Below, one piece after another: positions 1-11,880 of a stretch of 64,000 nucleotides of DNA; position 1 is the stretch's first letter; each line of letters opens with the position of its first letter. Source of the DNA: Mobula hypostoma (lineage: Eukaryota). The stretch is taken from the NCBI RefSeq assembly GCF_963921235.1, contig NC_086108.1, positions 89,902,001 to 89,966,000 of the forward strand. Direction: 5' to 3'. A model generated the notes under the pieces. It did not search any database. It was not told the origin of the DNA and was given only the letters and a program-made list of their open reading frames with translations. The position numbers were made by a program, and so were the translations under genes.

Positions 1-500
1 CATAATGATTGTGTCGAGACTAGCGTGTGATTTGGATTTAAGTGAGGGAGAGTTGCACAGCGTCAGCCTCACTCTCTCTTCCCAATTCCCATCTGGATCC
101 AGTGACAAGACAGAATCTAGACAGCTGGAGATGGGACTAGGCGCAGTGGATGACCAGGACGTCTTCTGTGTCTTGTCCTGCTCTACACGTTCCACGACGC
201 TTGCAGAGACTGCCTTCTTGACCGTTGGACCTTCCGCTGGTCTCGTCCGCTCAATCCGCCGGAGTCTGTCTTCACATGCTCCCTATCTCACTGAGGGTTT
301 GAGACCCGTCGGCTACCCTCACCTGGTTTAGCCGGCTTGTCGAAGCTGTTGCCCGGGGTGTGGCCGCTGTTGCATGCAGACAGCTACGGGGAGCCACAGG
401 TGAGAGCTGAGTGCCAGGTGGGGAGCAAAGGTGGACTAACCGCCCTGAAAAGGACGCGACATGTCCCCCCACCAGAGGTGCTACCCCTCCCTGACACCCC
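1..500 (-). mobile_element. 5' UTR of an RTE-type non-LTR retrotransposon or its non-autonomous derivative; runs off the window start
   Basis: GC- and CpG-rich structured block, distinct from the Gypsy sequence that resumes at ~511. It begins on the minus strand with an HDV-like fold. The RTE assignment is from recalled resemblance to RTE 5' UTRs, not from an ORF. Confidence 0.6.
318..500 (-). ncRNA. HDV-like self-cleaving ribozyme (predicted)
   Basis: Minus strand order: P1 GGGGTGT (500-494), long J1/2, P2 CTCACCTG (404-397), P3 GGC (395-393), L3 TCCCC.., P3' GCC (364-362), P1' ACACCCC (361-355), GGGCAAC (354-348), P4 GCTT-CGAC-AAGC, GGCTAA (333-328), P2' CAGGTGAG (325-318). Confidence 0.75.
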
Positions 501-3214
501 ATATAGCCCAGTAAGACACATACAAAGAGCATGTCTGGCAAACTAAAGGACATGTGCTGCACAGGGAAGAGAAAAAAATTCAAGTCAAGTTGTAGTTTAA
601 AAAGAGCACTAATCTGCATGCTGTTGGTAAAAAAAAATCTGATAATGATAAGACTGACAGACCTGTGCAGACTTGAGATTTACAATGTGAAAACTAACAA
701 TGTGACAAGCAATATGGCTTACATCAGAAGTGAATGGCAAATTAATTAAAATAGAGGTGGACACTGGCTCGGTTGTTTCAGCCATTCCACAAAATAAGTT
801 TGAGTGACATTTCAAAGTTACTGAACTGAAGCCTGCAGATATCCAGCTATGAACTTACACTGGAGAAAAGATAACTCCTGTGGGAATGACATTCATAATA
901 GTGAAATACAACAACCAACAAGACACATTGGGATTGTATATGTAAAGGCATGAGGACCAGCATTGTGAGGATGTGATTGGCTGAGACAACTACAACTTCA
1001 TTAGAGATCCATCGACTATTTGCAATGAAAGCAAATTAAGAAAGGTAGCGGATGATACCACAGCAGTGCTCAATGATGGCATTGGAATGCTCAAAGATAT
1101 CAGGAGCAAAATAGTGTTAAATGAAAATGCTGCACCCAGGTTTTACAAAACCCATCCGGTTTCTTATACCATCTGTGAGCTGGGTGGCAAGGCTTTCTTT
1201 CCAAGGTTGAGCAGAGTCCATGAGCAACACTACTGGTCTCAGTCACAAAGAATATTGGGTCTGTCAGGATCACTGGTGACTTTAAGTTGAACATCAATCC
1301 AATGCTGAAAGTAGATCAATAGCCTCTGCCCAGGATAAAAGATATCTTTTTAAACCTTTCTGGAAGGAAACATTGCAGCACAGTGGATTCAGCTGATGCC
1401 AGACTATAGATGGAAATCGAAGAAGAGTTCAACGTGTTACTCACCATAAACACATAAAGGGTTTATTGCTACAATAGGCTTATTTTTGGGGTAGCATCTG
1501 CACCCGCACCCTGGCAGAGAGCCATGGACCAGGTGCTGCAAAGCTGATCAGAGATTCAATGTTGCCTGGATGTCAGCATTGTTACCAGCAAGGATGACAA
1601 AGAACATCTCCAATATCTCAAGACTGTTTTAAAAATATTATGAAGATTATGGGCTCAGAGTATAAAGCAACAAGTATGAATTCTGTAAACCAAGCTTCTC
1701 TTACTTTGGTAGCACCATTGAAACATAAGTTTTACACAAGTGTGCTGAGAAAATTCAAGCAGTGGAGGATGCCCCCATCCCAAGGGAGATGTAACAGTTG
1801 TGGTCCTTTTTAAGATTTGTCGATTACTGCTACAGGCTCCTGCCAAACCTGGCTACTGCGTTCCGGCCCTTGAACTCATTACTACAGATTGAGAAGAAAT
1901 AGCAATAAACAACACAGCAAGAGGTGGCTTTCCAAAAGACAAAGGAAATGGTGACTTCAGACACTCTACTCACAAATTATGATCCACACTACCCAGTGAA
2001 GCTTGCTTGTGATGCTTTGCCTAATGTTATAGGTGATATCATGTCATAGGTTTACCTTGGAGAAAGAAATAATTGAAAAATTTATAAAGGACACTTCTCT
2101 TGATGTGTTCTCCCTAATGGAAATCAAAAATCTCCTTATTATGGCAGAGATGATCCAAGAGCAACCAAAAAAGACCCCACACTGCCTTGGGTCTATAGGG
2201 CCACACAAAATGGCTGGAATGTGTTGCAGAAACTCCAGTTCCCTCATTTTTATCAGCACCAGGATGAACTTCACTTGGATGGAGTTTGCTTTATGTGTGG
2301 ATTGTTGTTGTACCATCCAAGCTGAGAGATAGCAGTTTTGGAGGAGCTATATTTCAGTCATCTAGGTGTGGTCAAAATGAAAGTATTGGCTCGAAGCTTT
2401 GTCTGGTGGCCTGGGATAAATCAGCAGATTGAGCACTTTGCCTTGCACTGTTTGGGATGGCAACACATCCAGAGGATGCAAGAGCAATGCCCCTCCATCC
2501 CCAGGAATGGCCTGCATTGCCCATGTGGATTTTGCCAGACGTTTCATGGACACAAATTTCTTGGTAGTACAGGATGCAGCTACAAAGTGGCCAGAAGTGC
2601 TCCCAATAGCTTCCCCCGCAGTCTAACACAATGTTGATGTGTTAAGAAGCCTCTTCTCAAGGAGGAGTGTCCCAGAACACTTAGTCTGTGACAATAGACC
2701 ACAATTTGCTATGGAGAAGTATCAGTCATTCCTGAAATAATGACTGGAATAAGACATATTATATCTGCACCGTAACACCCAGCTACAAATGACTTGGCAG
2801 AAAGGTTTGTCCAGAGTGTAAAGAACACACTGCAAGCAATGTCAGAAGAACATACTGCGCTGCTACTGAATCGGAAGCTCGCCAATTTTTTGCTTACATA
2901 CTGCAATTCAACCCACTCCACAACCAACAACTCACCAGCTATGCTGCTCCTGGGTCATCCCTTGCACTTTCGCTTGGATCTGCTCAAACCCAATCTCAGA
3001 AAAAGTTTGCAGTACAAACCGCTGAGACAAATCGAGCACTTCTCAAACAAGGAGGTTTGATATTTCACTCCTGGACAAGCAGTCCTAGCAAGGGACTACA
3101 GAAATGAGGGGAAAACTGGACCACTCTCCTACACAGTGGAGTTGCATCAGATATCATCTGGACATGACACATTGTTCATTTGAGGAGAACAGAGCCAATT
3201 GTTAGAGAAGAATA

Positions 3215-3395
3215 CAATAGGGTATTTGGATACAATAGGGTCTTTTAAGAGCCCTCTTAGAAAGGTACATGGAGATTAGAAGAATAGAGGACTATGCACT
3301 AGGGAAATTCTAGGCAGTTTCTAGAGTAGGTTACATGGTTAGGACAACATTGTGGGCCGAAGGGCATGTAATGTGTTGTAGATTTCTATGTTCTT
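3215..3395 (+). mobile_element. CR1 LINE 3'-end fragment nested in the Gypsy integrase tail
   Basis: Has the GGGCCGAAGGGC..GTAGATTTCTATGTTCT tail seen in other CR1 ends here (e.g. ~29100). Confidence 0.7.
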
Positions 3396-4068
3396 CATTA
3401 AGAAATGTGTCCAGACTGTCAGACCACTTCCTGCAGTCCCAGAGTCAATTCCTGCAGCCACCACGAAGGAGTCCCCAGAACCTGAAATTATTTCACAGCC
3501 ACAAGCCTCACCTGCAAAGCAGAATGACCCCCCTCTTGTCAAGAAAGATGTTATCCCACAAGAGTAGGAAACCCTCCACACTGATTAAATCTTTAGGCTA
3601 AATGTGGCCAATTTAAAATTTTCTATGCTGTGGATGTCTATGTAGTAGATGTATTCCATGCCGGTTGGCTGTGCGTCGTTTCTGACAATGGCATTTGTCT
3701 GTGCAGCTCATCAGTTGATGATGAGCTGTATTCTATAGCATACTGTATATTCTTTATATAAGTTCAGATACATTCTATATAGAGTTGGAGTTTATAGCTA
3801 AGCAGGGAGGAGTGTTGCATGTTTAATATTTTAGTAACATTTGAGTAATATTGTAGATACATTGTTGATTAGCCATTCTTTGTTGTGTATATAATTTATC
3901 ATGCGTTATATGTAAAAATGCATGAATCGCATATGTCATTACACCAGTACATCATATGTGTGTGCCTCACTACAGGTAAGGAACGAAATAGACACATTAT
4001 TCCTGGCAACATACATCAAAGTTGCTGGTCAACGCAGCAGGCCAAGCAGCATCTATAGGAAGAGGCGC

Positions 4069-4104
4069 AGTCGACGTTTCAGGCCGAGACCCTTCGTCAG
4101 GACT
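4069..4104 (-). ncRNA. Minimal hammerhead ribozyme motif (mirror copy)
   Basis: Exact reverse complement of 5188-5223. Confidence 0.85.
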
Positions 4105-5187
4105 AACTGAAGGAAGAGTGAGTAAGGGATTTGAAAGCTGGAGGGGGAGGGGGAGATGCAAAATAATAGGAGAAGACAGGAGGGGGAGGGATAGAGCCGA
4201 GAGCTGGACAGGTGATAGGCAAAAGGGGATACGAGAGGATCATGGGACAGGAGGTCCGGGAAGAAAGACAGGGGAGGGGGTGACCCAGAGGATGGGCAAG
4301 AGGTATATTCAGAGGGACAGAGGGAGAAAAAGGAGAGTGAGAGAAAGAATGTGTGCATAAAAATGAGTAACAGATGGGGTACGAGGGGGAGGTGGGGCCT
4401 TAGCGGAAGTTAGAAAAGTCAATATTCATGCCATCAGGTTGGAGGCTACCCAGACGGAATATAAGGTGTTGTTCCTCCAACCTGAGTGTGGCTTCATCTT
4501 TACAGTAGAGGAGGCCGTGGATAGACATGTCAGAATGGGAATGGGATGTGGAATTAAAATGTGTGGCCACTGGGAGATCCTGCTTTCTCTGGCGGACAGA
4601 GCGTAGATGTTCAGCAAAGCGGTCTCCCAGTCTGCGGCGGGTCTCACCAATATATAAAAGGCCGCAGACTGGGAGACCGCTTTGCTGAACATCTACGCTC
4701 TGTCCGCCAGAGAAAGCAGGATCTCCCAGTGGCCACACATTTTAATTCCACATCCCATTCCCATTCTGACATGTCTATCCACGGCCTCCTCTACTGTAAA
4801 GATGAAGCCACACTCAGGTTGGAGGAACAACACCTTATATTCCGTCTGGGTAGCCTCCAACCTGATGGCATGAACATTGACTTCTCTAACTTCCGCTAAG
4901 GCCCCACCTCCCCCTCGTACCCCATCTGTTACTCATTTTTATGCACACATTCTTTCTCTTACTCTCCTTTTTCTCCCTCTGTCCTTCTGAATATACCTCT
5001 TGCCCATCCTCTGGGTCACCCCCCCCCTTGTCTTTCTTCCCGGACCTCCTGTCCCATGATCCTCTCGTATCCCCTTTTGCCTATCACCTGTCCAGCTCTA
5101 TCCCTCCCCCTCCTGTCTTCTCCTATCATTTTGCATCTCCCCCTCCCCCTCCAGCTTTCAAATCCCTTACTCACTCTTCCTTCAGTT

Positions 5188-5223
5188 AGTCCTGACGAAG
5201 GGTCTCGGCCTGAAACGTCGACT
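5188..5223 (+). ncRNA. Minimal type I hammerhead ribozyme motif in Penelope-like pseudo-LTR
   Basis: AGTC-CTGACGA-AGG-GTCTCGG-CCT-GAAA-CGTC-GACT: stem I AGTC/GACT, CUGANGA and GAAA cores, stem II AGG/CCT, palindromic ACGT stem III, GUC triplet. Confidence 0.85.
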
Positions 5224-8184
5224 GCGCCTCTTCCTATAGATGTTGCTTGGCCTGCTGCGTTGACCAGCAACTTTGATGTATGTTGCTTGAATTTCCAGCA
5301 TCTGCAGTATTCCTGTTGTTTACATTATTCCTGGCTCTGTGTTTTGCTTTTGATTCATTTTAATGTTTTGGAGTGACAATGAGTGATGGTGGAGGCAGAT
5401 ATATTAAGGTCACTTAACAATCTCTCAGATAGGCTCATGGATGATAGAAAATTGGAGTGTAATGTTGGAGGAAAGGGTTATATTGATCTTAGAGTAGGTT
5501 TAAAGTGCAGCACATCATCTTGGGCTGAAGGGCCTATACTGTGCTATAATGCTTTTGCTCTGTGTTCAATGATTAGCTTTTATTGTTTTCTCTATGCAAC
5601 TCAAGGCAGATGTGATACTTACAGGAGTCTAGGTAGAAGATAACTTGTGATGTGGTATGTTCTTATTCCAGTTTATTCTGAGCTTCAGCGTACTTATGAT
5701 GAATGAACTCAATGTCAACTTGTCCGTTCCACCATTCTGAGCAGACATTTGCTGGGAGTTCTCTCAAGTAACTCATTTTCATAACATCCTTGAATCATTC
5801 CTTTGTCCACTGAGTAATCTATTGCATTGATGGGACTCAGAGTCTGGTGTCAAGCATGAAAATGACACAGACAGTCTATTAAAACCTCAGTGCTGGGAAT
5901 ATTGGCAAAGAAGAGGTTATTCATCTTGGTTTAATTATTCTGGCTGTGGAATTGCAAGATTTGATGATCTTCATGGCCACCAGGAGAACGTAGAACATGA
6001 CATAAAACAGTACAGCACAGTATAGGCCATTTGGATCATGATGTTTTGCTGACCCTTTACATCACTCTAAGATCTATCTAATCCTTACCTCCAACAGAGC
6101 CCTCCATGTTTATATCATCCATGTGCCTGCTTTAAGAATATATAAATGTCCCTAATGTGTCTGCCCCTACTGCTATCCCAGCACATGTTCCATGCACTTA
6201 CCAATCTCAGTGTATAAAACTTACCTCTGACATCCCCCCTGGCCCCTGTACTTTCCTCCAAGTTCAACCAAGGAGACAAACTTGGCCTTTATTAACATCT
6301 CATTCCAAAGGCAGATCTGTGAGAGTACTGCATAGAAATGTTAATTTAGATTTTGTGCTTGAGTCTCCAAACGTTAACCCACATCTAATCCAGACATAAA
6401 GGGTATAATGCATTACAAATAGGAGCAGAGTTAGGCTATTTGGCCTAGTCAGTCTGTTCTGCCATTCCAAGGTAGCTGATTTACTATCCCTCTCAACTGC
6501 ATTCTTTTGCCTTCTCCCCGTAACCTTTGATGTCCTTACTAATCAAGAACGTACCAAATTTCGCTTTAAATGTACCCTATAACTTGGCCACAACAGCCAC
6601 CTGTGGTGATGATTCCACAGATTCACCATCTGTGTGCCTTGTACTATGTAACTGCACGTTTTTATTGCAATGGAATTTATGCCCAATTTTTTTAACATTA
6701 CCATTTATGGTCATTGCAGTGATGGCAAGCGTTTAATGCAGAAAGGGCTCAGCCAAGATGTAAAAAAAAATGGGAAAATCTAAACAAACTAAGTGACCAA
6801 AATATCTTTGCAACACAATTTCATGAGCTCTTTTAGAAGTATAGCATAATTGCTTATTCTGCTCAATAATACTTGAGCATGAAGATAAGTAATTTCAAAA
6901 CAAAGCTGGACTTCAAATAAAATCTGAACAGAACAACAAAGGATTGTCTGACTGATAATTTACACATTCCTGGATATATACTGCACCATCATTAAACATC
7001 AAACCAGTTCAATCAGATGTGACACTGAGTGTCTTGTAAAACATCAATGTTAGGACTACATTCAAAGAGGCTTTAAGAAGGGAAAACTCTGTGAGAAAGT
7101 AATGTAAGTGCTGATTAAAAACATCTCTGACTTTTTTTGTTAAAATTGCACTCAGTCAGCAGTTTCCCCTTGGACCTACCTTATTTGAAAAGATATTATG
7201 AATTTAAATATTTATTGGTTTTAGTGTATGATTCTCACTAAGCAAGAGAAAATATTTATTGGAGCTTGTAGAGAGGTAAGTAAAGAAAGTCAATTTTTGC
7301 ATCGGTACAAATTGAAGATATGTAAATGTCTAATGCGGTGAAATTCTTCAAGCTGAAAAGAAAAATACAAAGGTAATCAGCTAGTGTAGAGAATGAGAAA
7401 TTCTTCAGTCAGCCTGCCAGAAGGTGAAGCTGAGGTCTGAAAAGGAACATTAATTAAAATTTCACATATCAATTAAAAAATTAACTTGAGCACATAATAT
7501 TTCTTACATCAATTAAAAATATTAAAGCTAAACAAAGTAATGTCAGAAAAGTGTCCCTCATCTCCTAAATCAAGGAAAGCGCTGGGATTTAGGATCCTCT
7601 TCCAGCTCTGGCCTGACACAGGATCAAAGTAGTCATCTACTGTGTATTGCTGGAGAATCCATCCGAGATTAGGTCTCAAATCTGTCTGAGTCTTGGACTG
7701 TGATATGTCACAGCTTACTTCACAGTTAAGTTTTGTGCAGATTCACTGACTGCAGTCATCACATTTGAGCTCAATGACTGTGCTTCAACCAGTCAAAATT
7801 AGTTTATCAGAATGTCCTGAAGTCAATCGAAATGAATGGTGTGAGAGTGCAGTGAACAGTCTGGTTACTGTGAGTTACCAACAGACAAATTTATATCCCC
7901 TTTTCTCAATTTAGAAATGGACGAATAACTGTCTGCATTCCTTAAATAAGTGAGTAGCCTTTTTCACAGAAATGAAAATGCATAGTGTATGTTTTCAAAT
8001 TATGTTAGGAGTGCTCCAAACCTAATCAAGTGTCTGAATTTTTTTTCTGTCCTTTTTATTCAAAGGAATAAGAACCATTGGGATATTTATGTTGTAGATT
8101 TATATGAAACTTTGAAATATATCTAATTAAAATATAGTGATTTGAATTTGCTTCTATTCTGTAATGTTTTGTTTTAGTTATTGA

Positions 8185-8445
8185 GATACAGCATTGAATA
8201 GGTCCTTTTGACCCTTCAAGCCATGCTGCCCAGCAATCCCCAGCTTTGATCCTTTAATTTACAATGACCAATCAACCTACCAACCGGTAAGTCTTTGGTC
8301 TGTGGGAGGAAACCAGAGTACCTGGAGGAAACTGGCGCTGTCACAGAGAGAACGTACAAACTCCGTACAAGCAGCGGCGGGAGTTGAACCCAGGTCGCTT
8401 GCGCTGTAGAACGTTATGCTAACTGCTACGCTACCGTGCCACCCA
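8185..8445 (-). mobile_element. tRNA-derived V-SINE-type SINE
   Basis: Minus strand has a tRNA-like head (GGTTCAACTCC B-box-like) followed by the GGAGTTTGTACGTTCTC..TTTCCTCCCACA core. Related copies occur at ~15860-16150, 25540-25855, 39800-40120, 45005-45245 and 58230-58505. Confidence 0.75.
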
Positions 8446-8782
8446 TATCGACGGATTTATGAATCATTTGGGCTCCATGTCATTTATGGCATCATTCCTA
8501 GGCCTTAGAAATCCAAGCAGCTGAGTGGAAGTGAGAAGGTCCTGAATAATAAGGCAGCTTGTGGATCAGGAGGAGCAGTTTTGCCTGCATGGCAATAGAA
8601 CCACAGGACATCCTCACATTCTGTGTTGCGGTGCCTCTGCCTTCCCATGACATTCGTTTCAGCTACATCCTGAAATTTACATCTTTCCCAACATCTGGGG
8701 CATAACTTAAATGTCCAAGCGTAAATGAAGAAGTTACATATGATTTTTCATAAAAAAGCGTATCGCAATTTTTCCGTGGAAA

Positions 8783-9055
8783 GCATAGAAACATAGAAGC
8801 ATAGAAACATAGAAAACCTATAGCACAATATAGGCCTTTCGGCCCACAAAGCTGTGCTGAACATGTCCTTACCTGAGAAATTACCTAGGGTTACCCATAG
8901 TCCTCTATTTTTCTAAGCTCCATGTACCTGTCCGGGAGTCTCTTAAAAGACTCTATCGTATCCGCCTCCACCACCGTCGCCAGCAACCCATTCCACGCAC
9001 TCACCACTCTCTGCGTAAAAAACTTACCCCGATATCTCCTCTGAACCTACTTCCA
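8783..9055 (-). mobile_element. CR1 3'-end fragment with 8-bp repeat tail
   Basis: (CATAGAAA/G)n at 8784-8815, followed by the reverse complement of the CR1 ORF2 end (FFTQRVV..WN). Confidence 0.8.
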
Positions 9056-9368
9056 AGTTAAATATATTAAACTAGTTCGACTCCTCTCACAGCTGTGGAA
9101 TTCAATTTAAATTTAAATTGAGAATAAAAACTAATAATTTAATTATCTAGAATTTAAAAATCTACAGGTCCTGCCCAGCTTACGAACATCTAACTGATAT
9201 ATGGTCCATAAATAGGACTATGTGTTTGGGAATCTGGTAATATAGTAATATATCCAAGAAATTTAGTTCTCGGCACTTTACAGAAACTTGGGGAGGACCT
9301 ATTGTCAGTCCTAACAACAGCATTTTGTGTGTTGCTGCAGATTTCCAGCATCAGTAGTCAAGATTTCG

Positions 9369-9974
9369 GTTCCTAAGGTTGTCATAGCTGGGGGTGGTAG
9401 TGGGGATAAGCTCCCACTACCTATAAAGTGCTCCAAATGGTGTGTGACTCTAACAGCCTCTGACAACCAAGTCCAAATCTCGGCCTTCACGTGTGGCTTA
9501 GCTACTAGGCCTGGTGGAGCTGTTTCTACTGACAAGAGAAGTGGGAAAGGCGGACCACTGGTGCCTCAAAACTAGTTGCTTCAGGCAGGTGGGGCTTGTT
9601 AGCCTTGGACAGCAGCCTGCCTAGGAGAAGGAAAACTCTAATTTTAAACCTCCGCTGCCTTGCTGCCATACCCACCTGTGGGAAAGGCTTTGGGAGTAAA
9701 CCCTGAGGAAGAAATCCGAAGCTGGGTTCCAAAAGGCAGTTTGATGTTGTTTACAACTTCACTCCGGCAGCTTCTGCGATGACACTGGTGCCAAGCTGTA
9801 TCGGCGCTTGCCCTTCCCTTGGACTACATTCGTGACTTGGAGAGGGGGAACTCGCTGCATGGGCAACAGCCAGTTCTTCAAATCTTCCCACCTAGGCTTG
9901 TGCCCTGAAGAGGAAACAGTCTACCAGAGGCGCAAACCCATGATCCCCTAGGATTGACGGCTGCCTACTACTAC
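9369..9974 (+). mobile_element. Non-autonomous RTE-type element with (CTA)n tail
   Basis: TSD TAGTCAAGAT/GTTCG at 9355-9368 and 9975-9988 (1 mismatch); CTACTACTAC tail; CTAGGAGAAGGAAAACTCT..TTTAAACC motif typical of RTE 5' UTRs; no RT ORF. Confidence 0.7.
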
Positions 9975-10022
9975 TAGTCAAGAGTTCGAAAGTTCAAAGT
10001 AAATTTATTGTCAAAGTACAGT

Positions 10023-10088
10023 CAGTCCTGTGAAAGGTCTTAAGCACATTTATATAGCTAGAGTGCTGAAGACCTTTGCACAGTACTG
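10023..10088. mobile_element. Very short Tc1/mariner-type MITE
   Basis: Imperfect ~26-bp TIRs CAGTCCTGTGAAAGGTCTTAAGCAC / GTGCTGAAGACCTTTGCACAGTACTG around a TA-rich spacer, followed by TA. A second decayed copy lies at ~56788-56853. Confidence 0.6.
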
Positions 10089-10487
10089 TATTTGTCAACA
10101 TGGAGCAGAGAGCAAGTTTGTAAATCTGGTGGGAACAAAGAATTTTGGGAATGGTGAGGGTGGAGTGCTGCAGGAGGGGTGTGGGGCAGGTGGCAAGAAA
10201 GAGTGCCAGGGTTGAGGGGTGGTGTGGGTGTAGACACATCTAGCTCTGAGACATCAGGCAGAATCATTTGATACCAAACAATTGGTATATACACACACAC
10301 ACACATATATACACACAGTATATATACCTAAGACTTTTGCAGATTACTGTATACTACTCGAGATTTATTTTCTTGCAGGCATTCACAGTAAAACAAAAAA
10401 AAACAGAATCAATGAAAAACTATGACTGCCAAACAATCTTCAAAAGAAGACAAACTGTTGAAATACAGCAACAGTAATAATGATAAG

Positions 10488-10872
10488 TCTGGATATAATA
10501 TTACAGGATAAACAAGCAAGGACAATTTACTTAATAGATATAGCCATTTAAAACACATATAACTTACAGAAATCAATAAGGAAAAAAAAGCTAGAAGTAT
10601 GCTGAATTAAAAGAGGAAACTGAAAGACCTTAGAACATGAACAGAGTGTACATTGTCCCAACAGTAATAACTACAACTGGTATCATCCCAGAAGTCACTA
10701 CACAATAGCATTAAGCAATTAGGCCTACACAGCAATATCCATGTAAATCTTCAGAAAGCTGCAATACAAAACACAACTAGAATAGCCCAGAAATTCCTAA
10801 CAATTGAGAAATGAGCATGCTCGACTATGCTCACACCTCAGGTTTTACCGGTTTCAGCTGAGAAAAAAAATA
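10488..10872 (+). mobile_element. R4/Dong-clade non-LTR retrotransposon, 3' fragment (restriction-like endonuclease)
   Basis: Frameshifted DIILQDK..LIDIAI..KYAELKEE..RVYIVP.VI.TTGIIP, followed by an A-rich tail. Confidence 0.8.
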
Positions 10873-11880
10873 AGTTACACAACAGTCAGAAAAAAATTCT
10901 AAGGATATACTTACATCACCAAAAACAGAATTCAGCACTTCACCCAAACACATGAAATTCTGATAAGAAGTACCTACCACTAAACTTAAATAAAAGCACA
11001 ACTCAGGAAAATGAAGGAATTATCACTATAGAGGAAAAAGTTAACCAATGGAAGAGCATGACCCTCCAAGGAAGACCTCCCCACAATCTGAGCAGACTAC
11101 TTGTTGACGAGGAAGCATTGAACGCCTGGCTCAGACCCCTTCCCAGAAACGGAGGGGTTCCCTGTAGCAATGCAGTACCCGGTGGTTAACACAAAAATAT
11201 CAAAAAGTACATAATCAAATACCAAAAAATTCAAGATGATAAATTCAGAAAATGCCAAGAGAAAGCAGAAACAGTCCAACACATTACAGGACCCTGCAGC
11301 AGTTTAACTCAATCTGGTTACTTACACAGGCACAATCAAGTGGCAAACATCATTCAGCAAAATAAAAACTCATAAAAGAGACTCTGTCATACTATAAATA
11401 CAAGTCTGATCCAGTTTTAGAGTCAGAGTCCCACAAATTATGCTATGACAGATCCATTATTACAGATAGGACAATCCATAATAACCAGCTGGATATAATA
11501 TCACAGGATAAAGAAAGAACATCTTAGTTAATAAATATAGCCAAACCACACATAGCAGCCAGAAATCAATAAGTGAAAAACACTACAAACACTAGAAATG
11601 TGCTTTATTAAAAGAGGAAATTGAAAGACAATGGAACATAAGCAGGGTATACATTGTCCCAATAGTAATATCTACAACAGGTATCGTCCCAAAGTCACTA
11701 CACAATAGCATTAAACAATTAGGCCCACACAACAATGTTTACGTAAATCTCCAGAAAGCCTCAATACTAAACACCACTGGAATAGTCCAAAAGCTGCTAG
11801 TAATTGAGAAATGAATTTACTTGGTCATGCCCTTATTGTCATGTTTTACCAGCTTGAAAAAATTGAAATAAATAAATAAA
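10873..11880 (+). mobile_element. Second R4/Dong-clade 3' fragment (CCHC knuckle + restriction-like endonuclease)
   Basis: FPETEGF.VA.Q..VVNT, KCQEKAETVQHITG.C..L.Q..YLHRHNQVA and a second endonuclease region; (AAAT)n tail. Confidence 0.85.

Larger units (their letters stand above)
4008..5321. mobile_element. Penelope-like element (Neptune-type GIY-YIG) 3' part arranged as a palindrome
   Basis: Arms 4006-4638 and 4661-5286 are near-perfect reverse complements. The minus strand encodes CGLLYIGETRRRLGDRFAEHLRSV..EEQHLIFRLGSLQPDGMN (GIY-YIG). The 14-bp TSD ACATTATTCCTGGC is at 3994-4007 and 5322-5335. Confidence 0.92.
511..5378 (+). mobile_element. Decayed Gypsy/Ty3 LTR retrotransposon (gag zinc-knuckle end, protease, RT, partial RNase H, integrase, PPT, 3' LTR)
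   Basis: HIQRAC knuckle end ~515; EVDTGS protease ~755; YNRLIFGVASAP..WQRAMDQVL RT ~1470; VKLACDA RNase H ~1995; SHLGVVKMKVLARSFVWWPGI integrase zinc domain 2338-2460; AERFVQSVK core ~2795. PPT AAGCAGGGAGGAG precedes TGTTG at 3813. Many stops and frameshifts. Confidence 0.9.

Noticed and set aside
4022..4360. Recurring ORFs MLVNAAGQAAS.. (also 5016, 29770, 57272) as a gene family
   Set aside because: They are antisense or off-frame readings of the Penelope pseudo-LTR, not a protein family.
7510..7742. ~77-codon open frame on the minus strand (..QQYTVDDYFDPVSGQSW..)
   Set aside because: No ATG, no convincing splice sites and no recognised domain.
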